Of a DNA stretch of 64,000 bases, positions 12,201-25,700 are shown one piece after another; position 1 is the first letter of the stretch, and each line of letters begins with the position of its first letter. The DNA lies in NCBI GenBank assembly GCA_973895155.1, contig OZ316891.1, positions 22,519,168-22,583,167 of the forward strand. The letters are read 5' to 3'. The DNA is from Marsupella aquatica. Lineage: Eukaryota > Plantae > Marchantiophyta. A program made the translations under genes and the position numbers. The notes under the pieces were generated by a model. It made no database searches and had not been told where the DNA came from. It saw only the letters and a program-made list of their open reading frames with translations.

Positions 12201-15017
12201 TGTTCGAATTAGCCATATTGCTGCTGTTTATTGGATTTACGAACATGCCACACTTTGTGTATGGACTACATCTAAGTTTATTAAAATACTGTGACGATAG
12301 CATTAGGGACAACAATCGCCCCTCAAAACTTAAACTCAAGCTCTTATGGCACTCAATGCCCTGTAAACAAGACTTTACTATATACACAAAATTTTCCAAA
12401 AATCAGGATGAGACAAATACAAACCATTTTTTGGGGGTCAAGCCTAATCCAAAAGTCCCCTTGTAAGTATTCCAGATAACCCACACTGATTTGACATAGA
12501 GTATAATCATGTACATTAAAGCGAGCATTAAAGAATATATAACTTTTTTAGTAATGTTGACTAGTAGTGTTATCTCATTAGTACATCATAGTGGACAACC
12601 TACCATTCAAAACTGCATCTAGAAATAAATTATAGTTTGAAAGAAATCACCATGCATCTAGAAATAATTCTTGTCCTGTAATAATCACAAAAAAGAGTGA
12701 GTCTAGACTGCATTGGTAGGTCTACTGGTCACCTAGAGTGGACAAATAAACTGTGGGAGAGCCCTTTCACACGGTTTAAAAATAACTGTAGAAACATTAG
12801 GGGGTCTCAAAGGTTCAAAGATACACATATGGCTTTAGGCCAGAAACAATGGGTCGTGCCTTTTTCATAGGATTATGTAGAAGTTTTTTTCTTCACTTTC
12901 TAGCCTCTACAGTGACATATGACTAAGCTTTATGGCAAAAAGTTATCTATTGAGAATTTGGTAGTATATATCACAGTGCCAAAGAACAAAAGCGTCAAAT
13001 GGGGAGACAGGACCCCCAAAAAGAAAGACCCAATAAAGGGAGGAAAAAGCAAGAAGGAAAGACCCCAAGAAGGCCAAATAGACTCAAGAAGCAGAGAGTC
13101 CCAACAACAGCAAAAGAACCCAAAAGCCTACCGAGGAACAAAGTAGAATAAGCCCTACTTTGCAGAAAGCTCAAAAGCTCAAAAGCCTGATAAAGCCTGA
13201 TTTTTTTGGCAGTCCCTTGGGTCCCCTCCCCCCTCTACTCTGTAAGTTACTTGCAGTAGTTGGATGAAGAAGTCCTTCTATGTCTCCGTCCCTGTTGGTT
13301 CCACTACCTGCCTAGGGATTGTGGACACTGGGTTGTTTGTTCTGGCAGGTTGTGATCATTCCTGATGCCCTCTTTTAGGGCTGTCTGTGCTTGTGGCCTG
13401 TCTAGCTTCCCCTCATCAGTGGGCTTAACAGTAAATTAATGCAATATGCCATGAAATTATCAGAAGGACAAAAAGGTCCTAATTATCCCAAAATTTGAAA
13501 AAACAATTGCTGCAAAGGCTCCCTTGCCAACTCGACGAGTTATGCCCAAAAACCTTCCCAGCCTTCGGATTTGGCATCAGGCCTTAGGCCATAACTTACA
13601 CCATCAAATTTTGAGGTTTGAGGCCCCTTATTATTGAAGCCAGAGTACAACAAGAGCACAATTCGGAAATCAGGATGCTACTTAACAAAGCTGTCCGCGA
13701 ATCCTCGTCGTCGACAGTCTTGTCCTTAGCGGACTGGTTTTACCAACCCGCAGGAAAGGGCCCAGACCCTCCTCCCGGTAATTACGGTCCGGCATCTGAT
13801 TTCTTCTAAGGTGCATGCATGTTAACAGCTACCGCTGACGCAGGTTCAAACCCCGTCACGGCACCATTCACTCTTTCCGGAGGAGTGGGTCCGAATTGTC
13901 TCTTCTCCCAACAACGTGCCACTTTGCGGCACGTGCTTGGATACTCCACTTCGGATTCCCTGACTTCCACATCAGCACTTGGAGGGGTGGTGGACCCTTC
14001 CTCGTCGGCCACGTGGCGAGACCTGTCACATGGGTCGGTTTATCGTACATCGGAAGTCCTCTGCATTACCGGAGTTTCAGATGATCGAATCCATGCTGTT
14101 TAGGGCTGTGTAGTTTCACCAATCAACTCGTGCGTAGTACTTTTGTTTTATTGACTTTGAAACGCACTTTGTTGACTCATTATTTCTTTTTATATGACCC
14201 ACCCATACTTCTTTTCGAATTAGAAAATTGTAGACAATTAATTCGTGTAGCTCTGCCCCTGTTAACTCGACTAGTGCTTTGTTGAATCGATCTGATTAGG
14301 GATAGCCCCCAAAAAGGGCATACAATTTAATTTAGACCCTCATGTTTTCCTCTTCATTTAATATTCATCAGGTGATTGCTTCAGAATACACAGACATCCA
14401 TGTCTTTTGGTGGGCCTTCAACTAGGTGCAGTCTTTTTTTGGCGTTCCAAGTGTGTTCTTGGCAGATCATGCACACTTTTCGATGGCGTGATTTTGTACA
14501 TAGTGTCCGAGAGGGAAAGTATATATTTCTGAGCGGTACAATATCCCTGCCGGTAATCACACATCAAAATATGATAATATACTATATGCACTCATTGATT
14601 TAAAGAAAATAACAAGGTTTATCATTGTCGCCCTGTACCTACAATCTGCCCACCATTAAAATTCCACAATTAATTAAGTTAAGATACATATCATTAAAGT
14701 GAAAATTTGAAAATCACTTGAAACTTCAAACTCAAAGTCCGGATGGACTGATACGTTGTCTATGAAGCCCCCATGGACAAACCAAACTTGAATGGACTTG
14801 ACTCACACACACATATATGTTTGGATACTATTTGTTACACTTGTGTCCAAAAATACCATGTCATCTGATCATCATTTTTGTTCACCTGTCCAAAAAGTCA
14901 CAGAACTCGACTACCTTAACACGTAGCTCCGGCATTGCTGACTCCGATGTCAAGCTCCACTATGGTCCAGGCCCGGGATGGCCATCCGGGGAGGACTTGG
15001 CATGATTGGGGAGACTT

Positions 15018-15312
15018 CTCGGGGGTTTCACTTTCACAAAAATGGCATATCACGTGCGACGAAATATAGGGTCATTTTATTGGTTTGAAAGAAAGACTTA
15101 AGAATTTTCTGAGAAGAACAATATGGTCTTTTAAATCTAATTTTGAGACTTATAAGAATATTAGGGTCCTTGTAACCAATTTTTTGGAATATTCCAAGAA
15201 TATTCCAACTTTATAGGGGTTGAAAAATATTTTTTTTCTTACATTTTAGGGGCTCCGAGGCCTTAAAATGTCGCAGGTGATGGGGAAGCATCCATAGAGT
15301 GAGACCCCCGAG
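15018..15312. mobile_element. Non-autonomous hAT-like MITE (CTCGGGGG-TIR family, copy 2)
   Basis: Ends CTCGGGGGT ... ACCCCCGAG; perfect 8-bp TSD GGAGACTT (15010-15017, 15313-15320); same subterminal cacgtgcga motif and similar size as the copy at 1178. Confidence 0.8.
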
Positions 15313-18300
15313 GGAGACTTGTGGGCGATGCGACGTGGCGCTGGCAAAGGCAAGGCTCCAAGCTGGTGACACACACTAAGAACTTAGACTAGCTAAGGGC
15401 TGATTGGGTCAAGGGTAAAGGGCCGGGCTCAAGGTTGACCGTCCAAACCCCTGGACAGACTTTGAGTTAAAGGGGCTTGAGTGAGAGCTCCTCTTGGGCC
15501 CAAAATAAATGGATTTTACTCTATGGGCAACGGACACTTGGGGCATGAGTTACTGCCCGATCGGAGGTCCTGGGCGACGATAGGATCTGAGGGCCTAGGC
15601 ATGAGCACTAGGTTAGCCTGATCAGAACGGGCTAAGGCACTCCACTTATGGACGCATAACTAGAAAGTTATGGGCATTGCTAGTTGGTGGCACGCCCAGA
15701 CATGCGGGTTGGGGTCTAGGTGGGGGGCCAAAATCTGGGGACCAAAGTAGGTCCAGGATGGTACATCTCCAGAAGCATATATGAGGGGAGTGGTGTCTCT
15801 CTGGGGGCTAAGGGCAAGTCAAAGTTGTGGACCGCGGTGGTCGCGACACTAAGGAAAAACGCCAAACGAAAATGACGATGACTTCTTGGGTGCGTTGGAA
15901 AGCTCTCGAGGAGGACTATATCCTCCTCAACTCAGCTGGGTCTTGGGGTGCCATGGATTCTCGGGGTTTGCGAGGGCTAGCTCGCTCGCTTGCCAAATCC
16001 TGCCAAAACAACAGCCAAGCCGAGTTCAGTCTCCCAAGGGAGCTTGCGTTGGGGAGGCAAGGCCAAGTAGGCATGGAGGATGAGTTCCAAGTGCACTTGG
16101 TCCCTAGGCTACTAGCGGGCAAGAACCAGGAGTTGGTTGCTAGAGTCCGGGCCATTCTGGTCCCGGCGTATTGGGACAAGCGTTAGGACAAGCTACACTA
16201 ATTGGGCCATGAGCATGTCCTGGGGGCAGGGCGGTCAGTTGGTGATGGATTGGTACGAGGTAGAACTCGGGCTTCACCCAAAGAAGGGACTATTTTGGAC
16301 GAACAGTGGGTGTCGGCTCTGGTTCCGGCTTATGGCATCAGGAGGACCTATCACTGACCTATTTACCAATGTCTATTGAGTTTGAGTTAGGATGCTAGAC
16401 TTGGGAGATCTAGATTCTAAGGGGTTACTTACTAGAGTGCTTGGTTGCTTGTGCAGACAGTGAGGACTGTTGAGTGACGATCGTACTAGAGAGCGAGTGT
16501 AGCTTCGTATGGGAGGGGTTGCAGGTGGTGTTGAGGGCACCAAGTTGCTTGCTCGAGGAGTTTCGTGGAGGGGTCCGGGCACCAAGGGCACTTAGGTGTG
16601 AGTGCTAGGATTGGTGAGGGCGAGGGGTGGCAAGGTTCACCACTCAAAAGTACCTTGTCAAAGCACCACCTCTGTCCATTTTTGTCCAAAGATACCCTCT
16701 ACCAACCAGATCAACATTGATTACAAGCCTCGTTGTATTTTCTTTATATCCATTTCCCTCAAGCTAGTCACTTTAACCATTTTTTAGAGTTCAATAAAAA
16801 ATAAAATGTAATTATGTTTAGGTATGTGTATGCCTTATCTGGCCTTTATGGTAATAAAATTATATAACTAAGCTCTTCACAATTTACTCTAGCGTCTCAA
16901 GTAGTTTGAGCAAAAGCAAAATTAATTCAATTTTTTTCTCAAGAATATTTTTATGTTTATAATAGATCGCAAACATCCCACAAAAGGGGGAAACAAGCAA
17001 CACAATCCCCGTGAACCAATATAACAATTTCCACTAGGAAAACTGAGTGCAAATCTTGATTTTCATAGAGCATTGCTCTTGAGACAGAATTGTATTTTCC
17101 ATAGAGTGTTACTCTTGTGTTTAGGAGGGGTTTGACTTATTTTGCTGCAACAAAGCTATCTCAGATTTTAATCTAAGAGGGTATTGTTGAGAAATCTTAT
17201 TTTTCAGAGAGCGTTGCTCGTTGTGCTTCAATTAAATTTCCCACTGCAGAGTTCCAAGAAATGATATTTTTCAAAGAACGTTGCAATAAGCGCTTCCAAT
17301 ACTTTGCTGTCGTGGAGGTCTCAAAATTTTTAAGTACAATACTAGATGTAAACCTTTGTTTCATTCAATACATATTTTCACTTCACTTTCAAGTGTACAG
17401 GCTCCTAACCTACTTGAAATGTAGGTGAACAGTTAATTAGAACATTGACTACCTAGATTTTCTCATCATTAGGTGTAAAATACTTAGTTTGTGTCACAGT
17501 CCATGGGGATGAAGGGAGACAACCTTCAAGTCCATCCAGGCTTTGATTTCCAAAACTTCATTTGAAATGTTGCATCTAAACAAGGATATCCTTCAAGTGG
17601 TCTAAAGTGGTATGATAGACTCAGTCTAATCCCTGTAATACTTTAGTTCTTTTGCAGTTGTAAGTGACAAGGCTTTTTGGTCCCCCCCTCGGGGTTTTCC
17701 CTTGTTCTCTCTCCTTCATTTATATTCCGCCAAGCAAACTGTACAACTTTTATAATTGACTTGTAAGTTCCTAGTGGCTAGCTCCAATACAACAGTAACT
17801 CCTCAGTCCACAGTTGAAACAATCGCTTGCTCCAAAATCTTGAAGACAAAATTATAAGATCCATCGTCAAGTCCATTTCCAACAAGAACCCATAACCTGT
17901 GCAACAAGTCTAAGCAACTTCCCAGCACTACACTCAAAGCTATAAACATAAGTCGTGTCAGGAAGAAAGGTACCGGTGTGTAACCTTTTCTACTATGTGC
18001 CACCATTTCCATAACCCTGTGCCCAGAAAGTCTTGCCCAATAATCTTTTTTCCGGGCAGGTATTACATATGATAATGACTGGCTGGGCTGGGGTTCTAGT
18101 CTGAAACCTGTTGCCACAAAGCTCAGAAAAACTCCCTGGCCACAGGTCAACATTTCCTCACTTTATAGACTAGTAACCCCAGACCACACCGTAGTTACCC
18201 TTATACTTAAGACACAAGGTGGGGGATATGTGCAGATCCGTAGATACGTACTTCGATTCTACCTGACTGAAACCCATAAAACTTGCACTCAATAAAACAG

Positions 18301-18746
18301 TAGAGCCTCCCATCATGTTAGAGGTGGCACACAATGTTGTCCTTGGGAATGTGCACAAGCAGAGGCACTTCAGAGCAAAATCTGAGAACAAAATACTCGC
18401 TTTTGAAGAGCAGTGAACAAGAGTGAAGAATAACCTCAGCAAGTAAGTAGATCAGATTCCACCAATAGTTTTGAGAAAGAGCAGACACTTAAACGAAGTT
18501 TTCATCACTTAAATCTACAAAAACACGGCTTTAGGCCGTTTATAATACAAGGTCAGCGACATACTGCTGCAGCTCTCACGGAGTTGACAGTGATGAAGAC
18601 GATTACAGCACCTGTGCTACCTACCGGACCTCCGAGACCGAATAGAAATAGACCTTCCGAGTGAATTAACCTTGCCTAACGACATATACAAATTCTATCC
18701 AGTAGAAATTAACTCAGGACTCAACATGCTCAATGGAACAGCAATC

Positions 18747-21700
18747 TTAGCGCGAGGCAGGAGAGTGAATGCCACATTCAGTCTTGAGGCTTCCATCCTT
18801 GTTCGTAAAACCCTGCATCAAATTATAGATATATATCAGATTCAAATGGTACCACGAGGACTTCATCTCCCTAAATTAGATGCGACAAAACTATGCGGTT
18901 GCCACATTGCATCTGTTTTTCAAAAACTCCGTCATGCTGTCCTTCCAAGCCTCAAGACAATTATCCCTTCGTGACTATGTGATCAAAACGTTCGAAATGT
19001 TACGTTTTCTCTTAGCGGTGTTCTTCCTCCTAACGAGAATGTAGATTACTATAGACACTTTCCAAAGCGGGACAGTCCCTTTTGCAAATCCCGTGTATAT
19101 CTAGCAGTCAAAATGTGCACGGTGAGTGTAGTTCACTTCTGAATGGTCGCTGACAAGTTCCAATGGCACACAATCTCTAGCATGGGTATATTGAGCGCAC
19201 TAGGGGCCAATAGTTACACTAGAATAAAACTATGATTTAAGTGCAAATATTCTCAACAGTATGTTTCAGCGAGTAAGAATAAATCTTAGGGCTTTTCTCA
19301 ATGATTTGCTCCAGTGAGTAAGAATACATCTTATGGAGTCAAGATTGAAGGCTCCTTCTTTCTTCTAGTTCATTTATCCTCAAGCTTTGGCCAAATGACT
19401 GAAGGCAAGTAACATCTTTATGCATTGGTAGGTCAACATTACCTGGAAGCGGCCAGATCGTTCTCCAGCATATTCAAACCATTTCTCCTTTGCAACCGGC
19501 AGTGTGCTGTGAATATCTCCAATGCTTGGATAGCCTTCATCATGGAGTGGGTGATAAGGAAGTTGATATTTTTCAATATAGTCCCAGCAATCTCTGCATG
19601 GATGACCGAAGAACTAAGTCAGGTCTCAGGATATGGAATGTCAAAGCTAGATCATCGCAGCAGGGCAACCGTTCCATCAGCATTTATTGAACAATATTTT
19701 AAGTTGAACACTCTACCTGAATTCCCAGTAGGCAAGTGGTTGGACTTTTGCCATTTTACCTCCTTCAAAAATCTGCACCAAAACATTAAATAACCTCAGA
19801 TGTTGTGTTCAAACAAAAAACCTATATGATCTTTGGACCACCATATTGTACAGGCAAAGGCCATTTCTAAACTGTTAGAAGAACGATAATACAGGAAGAT
19901 GCTAGTCATTATCATTGGGATGCTCCAGAGAAGAGCGCAGTCCAGAAATTTGTTGGACTTATTCTTAAGTATCAGTATTTTCACAGGGCTAATCATCACA
20001 TGTTCCAACTTACTCACCAATTCTGGAAGTTGGACCACTGACCGAAACTATGAGATTGCATGCTTTACTAAAACATTTGCCAGGCATTATATCTTGATTA
20101 TCCATATGTTTCAAAATCAAAGCGTTGATGAGAAGAGCACGACAGAGACCTCAAGGTGGGCTCTCTCTGCACCATGGTCTCGCCTCCTACCATTAATCAT
20201 AGCGTCAACCTGTACAGATTGAGCTCATGGTAAGTGCACAGTTAAACGTTGTAGTTACAGAGCTTTCACAGATACCAGAGGACAAGAGAGACTACAGCCA
20301 GCTAAGTAAGACCATCAACAAGTAATCGATTAGTCCGCACATGATGAGTTAACCGCTCCTTGCCCCACTGGGATATATTTGCTATCAAAGCCAAAAGAGG
20401 TGAGCAAGAAATTGAAGTCAGAATGGATGCACTAGCAATTCTTACCTGCAAAGTGCTTAGAGCACGATCAAAGGGTTCCACTTTGCAGATCTTGTCATAC
20501 TCATCAATATCCTGGACACATTAAAATGAAGGAAGATTCATGAATGCTCACTCTTGATGCACAGAAAGCTCTTTCAATTCTTTCCGTGCCAAACACAAGA
20601 GTCTTTGTGGTTTGAACAGAATTTGATGCAATTCAATGAGATTGAGCATAATATTTTTACACGCATTAATATCAACGTGACAGTAACATTGAGCTTGATA
20701 AATATGTTAAATCCAAGAGTGCGTAAACTGTCTACAGTGCTGTTGTACTTTCCACTTTTGAAACTCTATCCTATATTGGTACTGTCCAATGCTGGCCACT
20801 AACTCCCATACACGAGTAAGGCTTTCCATTCTTACCGTGAGGAATAGATCTGACCCAAACTTCTCGTCATACTCTTCCTTGTTGGCTACCCCAGCTGCCC
20901 GAAAGACCTGAGCTTTGAATCCATATTTTTTCTGCAACGGCAAGACATCGTCACTCACAAGATCCTCTCCTGAATGCAGGTCTTGAGCTTCAAATAGATA
21001 CTGAAAAGTGACGGAGTAGTCGCACAAACTTCATTCCCTTACTTACCTCTACTTTCGCCAGGAATTCGTACGTTTCAGGGAAAAGATGCAAGGTATCGAT
21101 GAACACAACTTCAACTGTTTTCTCCTTGAAGGCTCCGATTCTGTGTAGCAGGTCCAAAATCACCTGGCATATAAAAGTGAGAAACGGTTTGAAAAGTGTG
21201 ATTTGGAGTCTTCAAATTCAGTGACTTCTTTCATCCAATCGAAACACCAATTCATTCGTTGATCCTAATTTTTCCAGATGAAAAGATTGCAATTATAGCT
21301 TTCGGTGATGTACGATACCAATGAATTTCCTCGGAGAAATCGACAGCTTCCTCAGTGAAATCGACAAATATAGTCCTAACTGAAGATCGGTGCTTTCAAA
21401 CAAGAGTCTGCTTGTGCACTCGAAAGATGTGGCTAAGAGCTCTTGTAAGATTTTACGAGCATACCACGTCACCTGTGATCAATGCACATGGAAACGTTGG
21501 CCTCTGATAGTTCTCGATGGACGTCTTCAGGGCGTCAATCGCTTGGGCCTCCAGAAACTCCAGCCGAGCAGCCTTCACCCGCTCATTCCAGCCACCAACA
21601 TCCACAGCCCTCTCTTTTGCCACGCTGGTGCTTGCCTGCACCTGCCATCTGAATTTCAAACCGGTGCTACGTTCATATTGCTGGCCTAATGGGTAGGCAT

Positions 21701-22058
21701 GACGAGCAGGTCTGCAGAAAATAACCACAGAAGAAGAGTGAGTGTTAGCCCCATTCCGAGCTGTCGCAATCCAAACACCGAACTCGGAGTCCCCAATCCC
21801 AAGTACCAGCAAGTAGACAGCTCGGAGTACTTGCTGGTACTTGGGATCGCTGTTTACTTGCTGGTAATCTAGCAGCACACAAGATTCTAAAAATTTCAGC
21901 AAGTAAACACCAAACTCCTACAAGCTTTGCCGAGCAAGACAAGGAGGTGGAAATTGGCACCTGAAACCAAGCAACTGCTGACGAAGCAAAGTTGCAGAAC
22001 GTCCACAAGAAGCGGAAGAAGAAGCGAAGTGGGAAGGAGGAGCCAGCGCCATAGCCAT
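18747..22058 (-). CDS. APR-B: Adenosine 5'-phosphosulfate reductase, FeS-cluster-less APR-B type (PAPS-reductase-like), plastid-targeted, 9 exons, 318 aa
   Basis: Exons 22058-21961, 21711-21465, 21163-21047, 20931-20836, 20511-20446, 20209-20150, 19772-19717, 19593-19443, 18812-18747, all GT-AG and in phase (957 nt). Motifs VVFIDTLHLFPETY, KVEPF, INGRRRDHG, KVQPLAYW, YHPLHDEGYPSIGD, GERSGRF, TECGIH. No CC/CxxC FeS ligands and no thioredoxin domain. Confidence 0.92.
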
Positions 22059-22777
22059 AATGGCAAGAACAGTCTAGTCACGTCTCAGCTTTCTCGCCTA
22101 CTGAGCGAGTGGGTGGCACGAAACAATCTGAACTTGGTCCGATAGTCCACGAAATCTCTGCACTTTCTCTACAGACACTCCGTTGCTGCTCTGCTCCAGC
22201 TTCTTTGTGTCCATAATCTTTCTGGGATTTGCATGCTAGCTCACAAAGGAGCTCCTCCCGTAATTTATGGAGATCCTGTACAGCAGTGATCAATTCCAAA
22301 GGGGGAAAGGACGATAGAAATCTGGGAACGAAGGGCTAGTGGGAAATCTTGAGCTGGGTTGTCGTCTTCTAGACTGTCTACTCGATCACCTTTCCTGCAA
22401 AGACTGCAGAATGACGTCTAACAGCACATAATTTTGCCCAAGAAGATGTGTGGGCAGTGGTTTGTGACCTCACCTGGCGGCTCGTTATTGACCAGGGTGA
22501 TCTAGTGGTCAACGCGGTCAGAATCAAGCCTAGGACCGTATTGGCATCTTTCAATTTCTAATTTTTTTTAATATTGGTTCCCTATGAGTGTTGGTGACTC
22601 AAATTGGGAAGGGGTAGAAATCTATCATTGACAGACTAGTTCTCAGTTTGAGTATGGACAAGCTTGTTGCACTAGTAAAAAGACAACCAAGAAACAGCGA
22701 GGTAAATCACCCAACAATTGAAGGTCAGGTTTAAGGTTTGAATTGTTTTCTAGTTCTGGGACTGAGAAAAATGAGAC

Positions 22778-25700
22778 TGTTGATGAATGTTAGAAATGAG
22801 AATGAATCATATACTTTCACTGAATCGGTAGTATATGGATACATGGTATGGTTGGGGTTAAGATAACCCAAGTTTATATTACCCTAGTTATGGGTAGAGT
22901 CTAACACTCCCCCTTGACTATGTAGTGGTAACTATGTAGTCAACAGTGCTATAACTAGGTTTAATATATCATGTTTATAAATTACATGATATTGATACAT
23001 TGGAGGAAGAGTGCCTCGTTAAAACCTTTAACAACTTAATATAAAAACTCTATCGGCATAGTAGAGAAAAATCTATAGTTCTAAAGGAAAAAGAGTACAG
23101 TCTTATGATCTTCATTGACAAAATTAGTTTTTCAGAGGTTCAGTAGTAGTAAGAGTTCCAACTGTATCTATATCATCAGCAGCAGCTTCAATCAAGTCTC
23201 TGACATCATTTTGCGTAAGCTCCGAAGTCCAATCTTGTGACAGTGTCGTTGATGAACAGTTGGTGTCAACGATTTAGTGAAGAGGTCAGCACAATTGTTT
23301 TCACTTGCTATTTGCATCACGTTGATTTCTTTTCCATGTAATTCATGAGTGTAGAAGAACTTCGGCGCGATATGCTTCACACGATCACCTTTAATGAATC
23401 CTCGTGTGATCTGTTGAATACAAGCTGCATTGTCTTCAAATATATTAGTAGGTTGGGTTAGTTTGAAGCCGCTTTGTACTTGTATGTGGTTAATCAGTGA
23501 TTGTAACCATATGGCTTCTCGACTAGCTTCATGAAGAGCTAAAATTTCAGAGTGGTTAGAGGATGTAGCTGTTAAGGTTTGTTTAACGCTCTTCGAGGAA
23601 ATAGTTGTGCCTCCACTAAGGAAGACATATCCCGTTTGAGATTTTGCAGTGTCGGTATCTGAAAGATAACCGGCATCAGCATATCCTACAATCTCGTGTG
23701 TAGAGTTAAATGGAAAAAATAAACCCGTGTCTGTATGTCCACGTAAGTAACGGAATATATGTTTAATGTCGTTCCAATGGCGAGTAGTGGGGTTTGCGCT
23801 ATGTCTTGCTAAGAGATTTACTGCAAATGAAATGTTTGGTCGAGTTTGGTTAGCTAAGTACATGAGTGCACCTATAGCTGATAGGTAAGGGGTTTCAGGT
23901 CCTAAGTTGGTTCATGTTCTTCGCATTTGCGAAAAACATCACTACTATTTTCTAAGGATCTGACTACCATTGGTGATGTCAGTGGGTGAGCTAAATGCAT
24001 GTTAAACTGTTTAAGGATTTTCTCTGTATATGTGGTTTGATGTAATAACATGCCAGTGGGCAAGGTGTCGAGTTGTAGACCAAGGCAAAAGTTAGTTTTA
24101 CCAAGGTCTTTCATCTCGAAAGTGGACTTTAAGGTGTTGATGGTATATTCTGTAATTTTTGGAGTGCCAAAAATGTTTAAATCATCGACATAGATAGCAA
24201 TGATGACAAATTCATCATCAACATGCTTAATAAATAGGCATGGTGCAATAGCATCATGGGAGAATCCCATGGAAATCATCTTATCTGTAAATCTTTGATA
24301 CCATACTCTGCCACTTTGTTTAAGGCCATATAGAGCCTTCAACACGCGGATACTTAGTCCGCGGCGAGTATGTCGTACGGTGGACACAGTGGTGTCAGAA
24401 TGTGTATTAGACACATTAGTAGAAAGATGAGATGATGTTGTAATGAGCTTATGTAAATATGGAATATGGGATTTAGCTCCTTGAGTTAAAGCAAGTTTAC
24501 GTGTTTCTAATTTCGGTGGTGCACGCATATAAATACACGTGTCCAATGTCCCATAAAGGTATGCAGTAGCGACATCCATTTGTCGCATTTTTAGTTTATG
24601 AAAAATTGCAAAACTGATAAGGTATCGAAAAGTTATGGTATCCAATACTGGTGAGTAGGTCTCATTGTAATGGATGCCATGTTGTTGAGTAAAGCCTTTT
24701 CCGACTAAGCGGGCTTTATAACGGACAACTTGTCCTTTATCATTTCGTTTACGAACAAAGGTCCATTTATATCCAATTAAATGAACGTCCGGTGGTGTTA
24801 ATTCCACCGGTCCAAAGGTGTTTGGACTTAGTAGAGAATCAAGTTCTCCATTAATAGCTTCTTGCCACTTAGGCCAGTCAGGTCTGTTCTGGCATTCTAA
24901 AATGGTTAATGGTTCTGGTGTTTCATCCGTGATGGTTTTAGCAACCATGGATGCAAAACATTTGTTTGGAATGGTGGTTTGTCGATTCCAGATTTCACCA
25001 GAATGGGTGTAATGGATTGACATTTCATCATTACTTGGAGAAGAATCAACTGGGATTTGTATCCTCGCTGGTGCATTTGCCACAGGGATATGCGAATGAG
25101 TTATCTTTGTGGTATCCACAAAGGAATCAGGTAACTCCTCCACTATCTTGTGGAGTTGTAAGATGCGTTGTACTTCCTTCTCCCCCTGGTTTGTTCTAAT
25201 ATCCTCCCAAAATGGAGAAGTACATTCCCACTCCAAAAGTGGTGGTGGGTTCGTGTCAGGGTTATGTAGTTTGGGAAAGATATTTTCATCAAAGTGGCAA
25301 TCTGCAAATCTAGCCTTGAAAAGATCACCTGTGGTAGGTTCTAAATATCGGATAATGGACGGAGAGTCGTATCCAACATAGATCCCCAACTGTCATTGAG
25401 GTCCCATCTTTGTTCGTTTGGGTGGAGTTATGGGAACCATAACTTGGCATCCAAACGATCGAAGATGAGATAGGTCAGGTTGTCTACCGTTATTCAGGTG
25501 ATAAGGGCTATAGTCATTAAATGCAGATGGTCTATATTGGATTAAGGCATTAGCATGCAATATAGCATGGCCCCATGCAGTAACAGGGAGTTGAGTTTGC
25601 ATTAGTAAGGGGCGGGCAATAAGTTGTAAGCGCTTGATGATTGCTTCAGCCAATCCATTTTGAAAATGGACATGTGGGACTGGGTATTGAATATCAATAC

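Noticed and set aside
15320-16790. GC-richer block resembling an LTR or retroelement remnant
   Set aside because: No paired LTR, TSD, PBS or protein motif identified, so it is not called.
17050-17290. Four degenerate ~25-bp repeats (aaatctt.atttt.ca.agagc.ttgc) with spacers, superficially CRISPR-like
   Set aside because: Repeats are divergent, spacing is irregular (~40-100 bp), there are no cas genes, and the context is eukaryotic.
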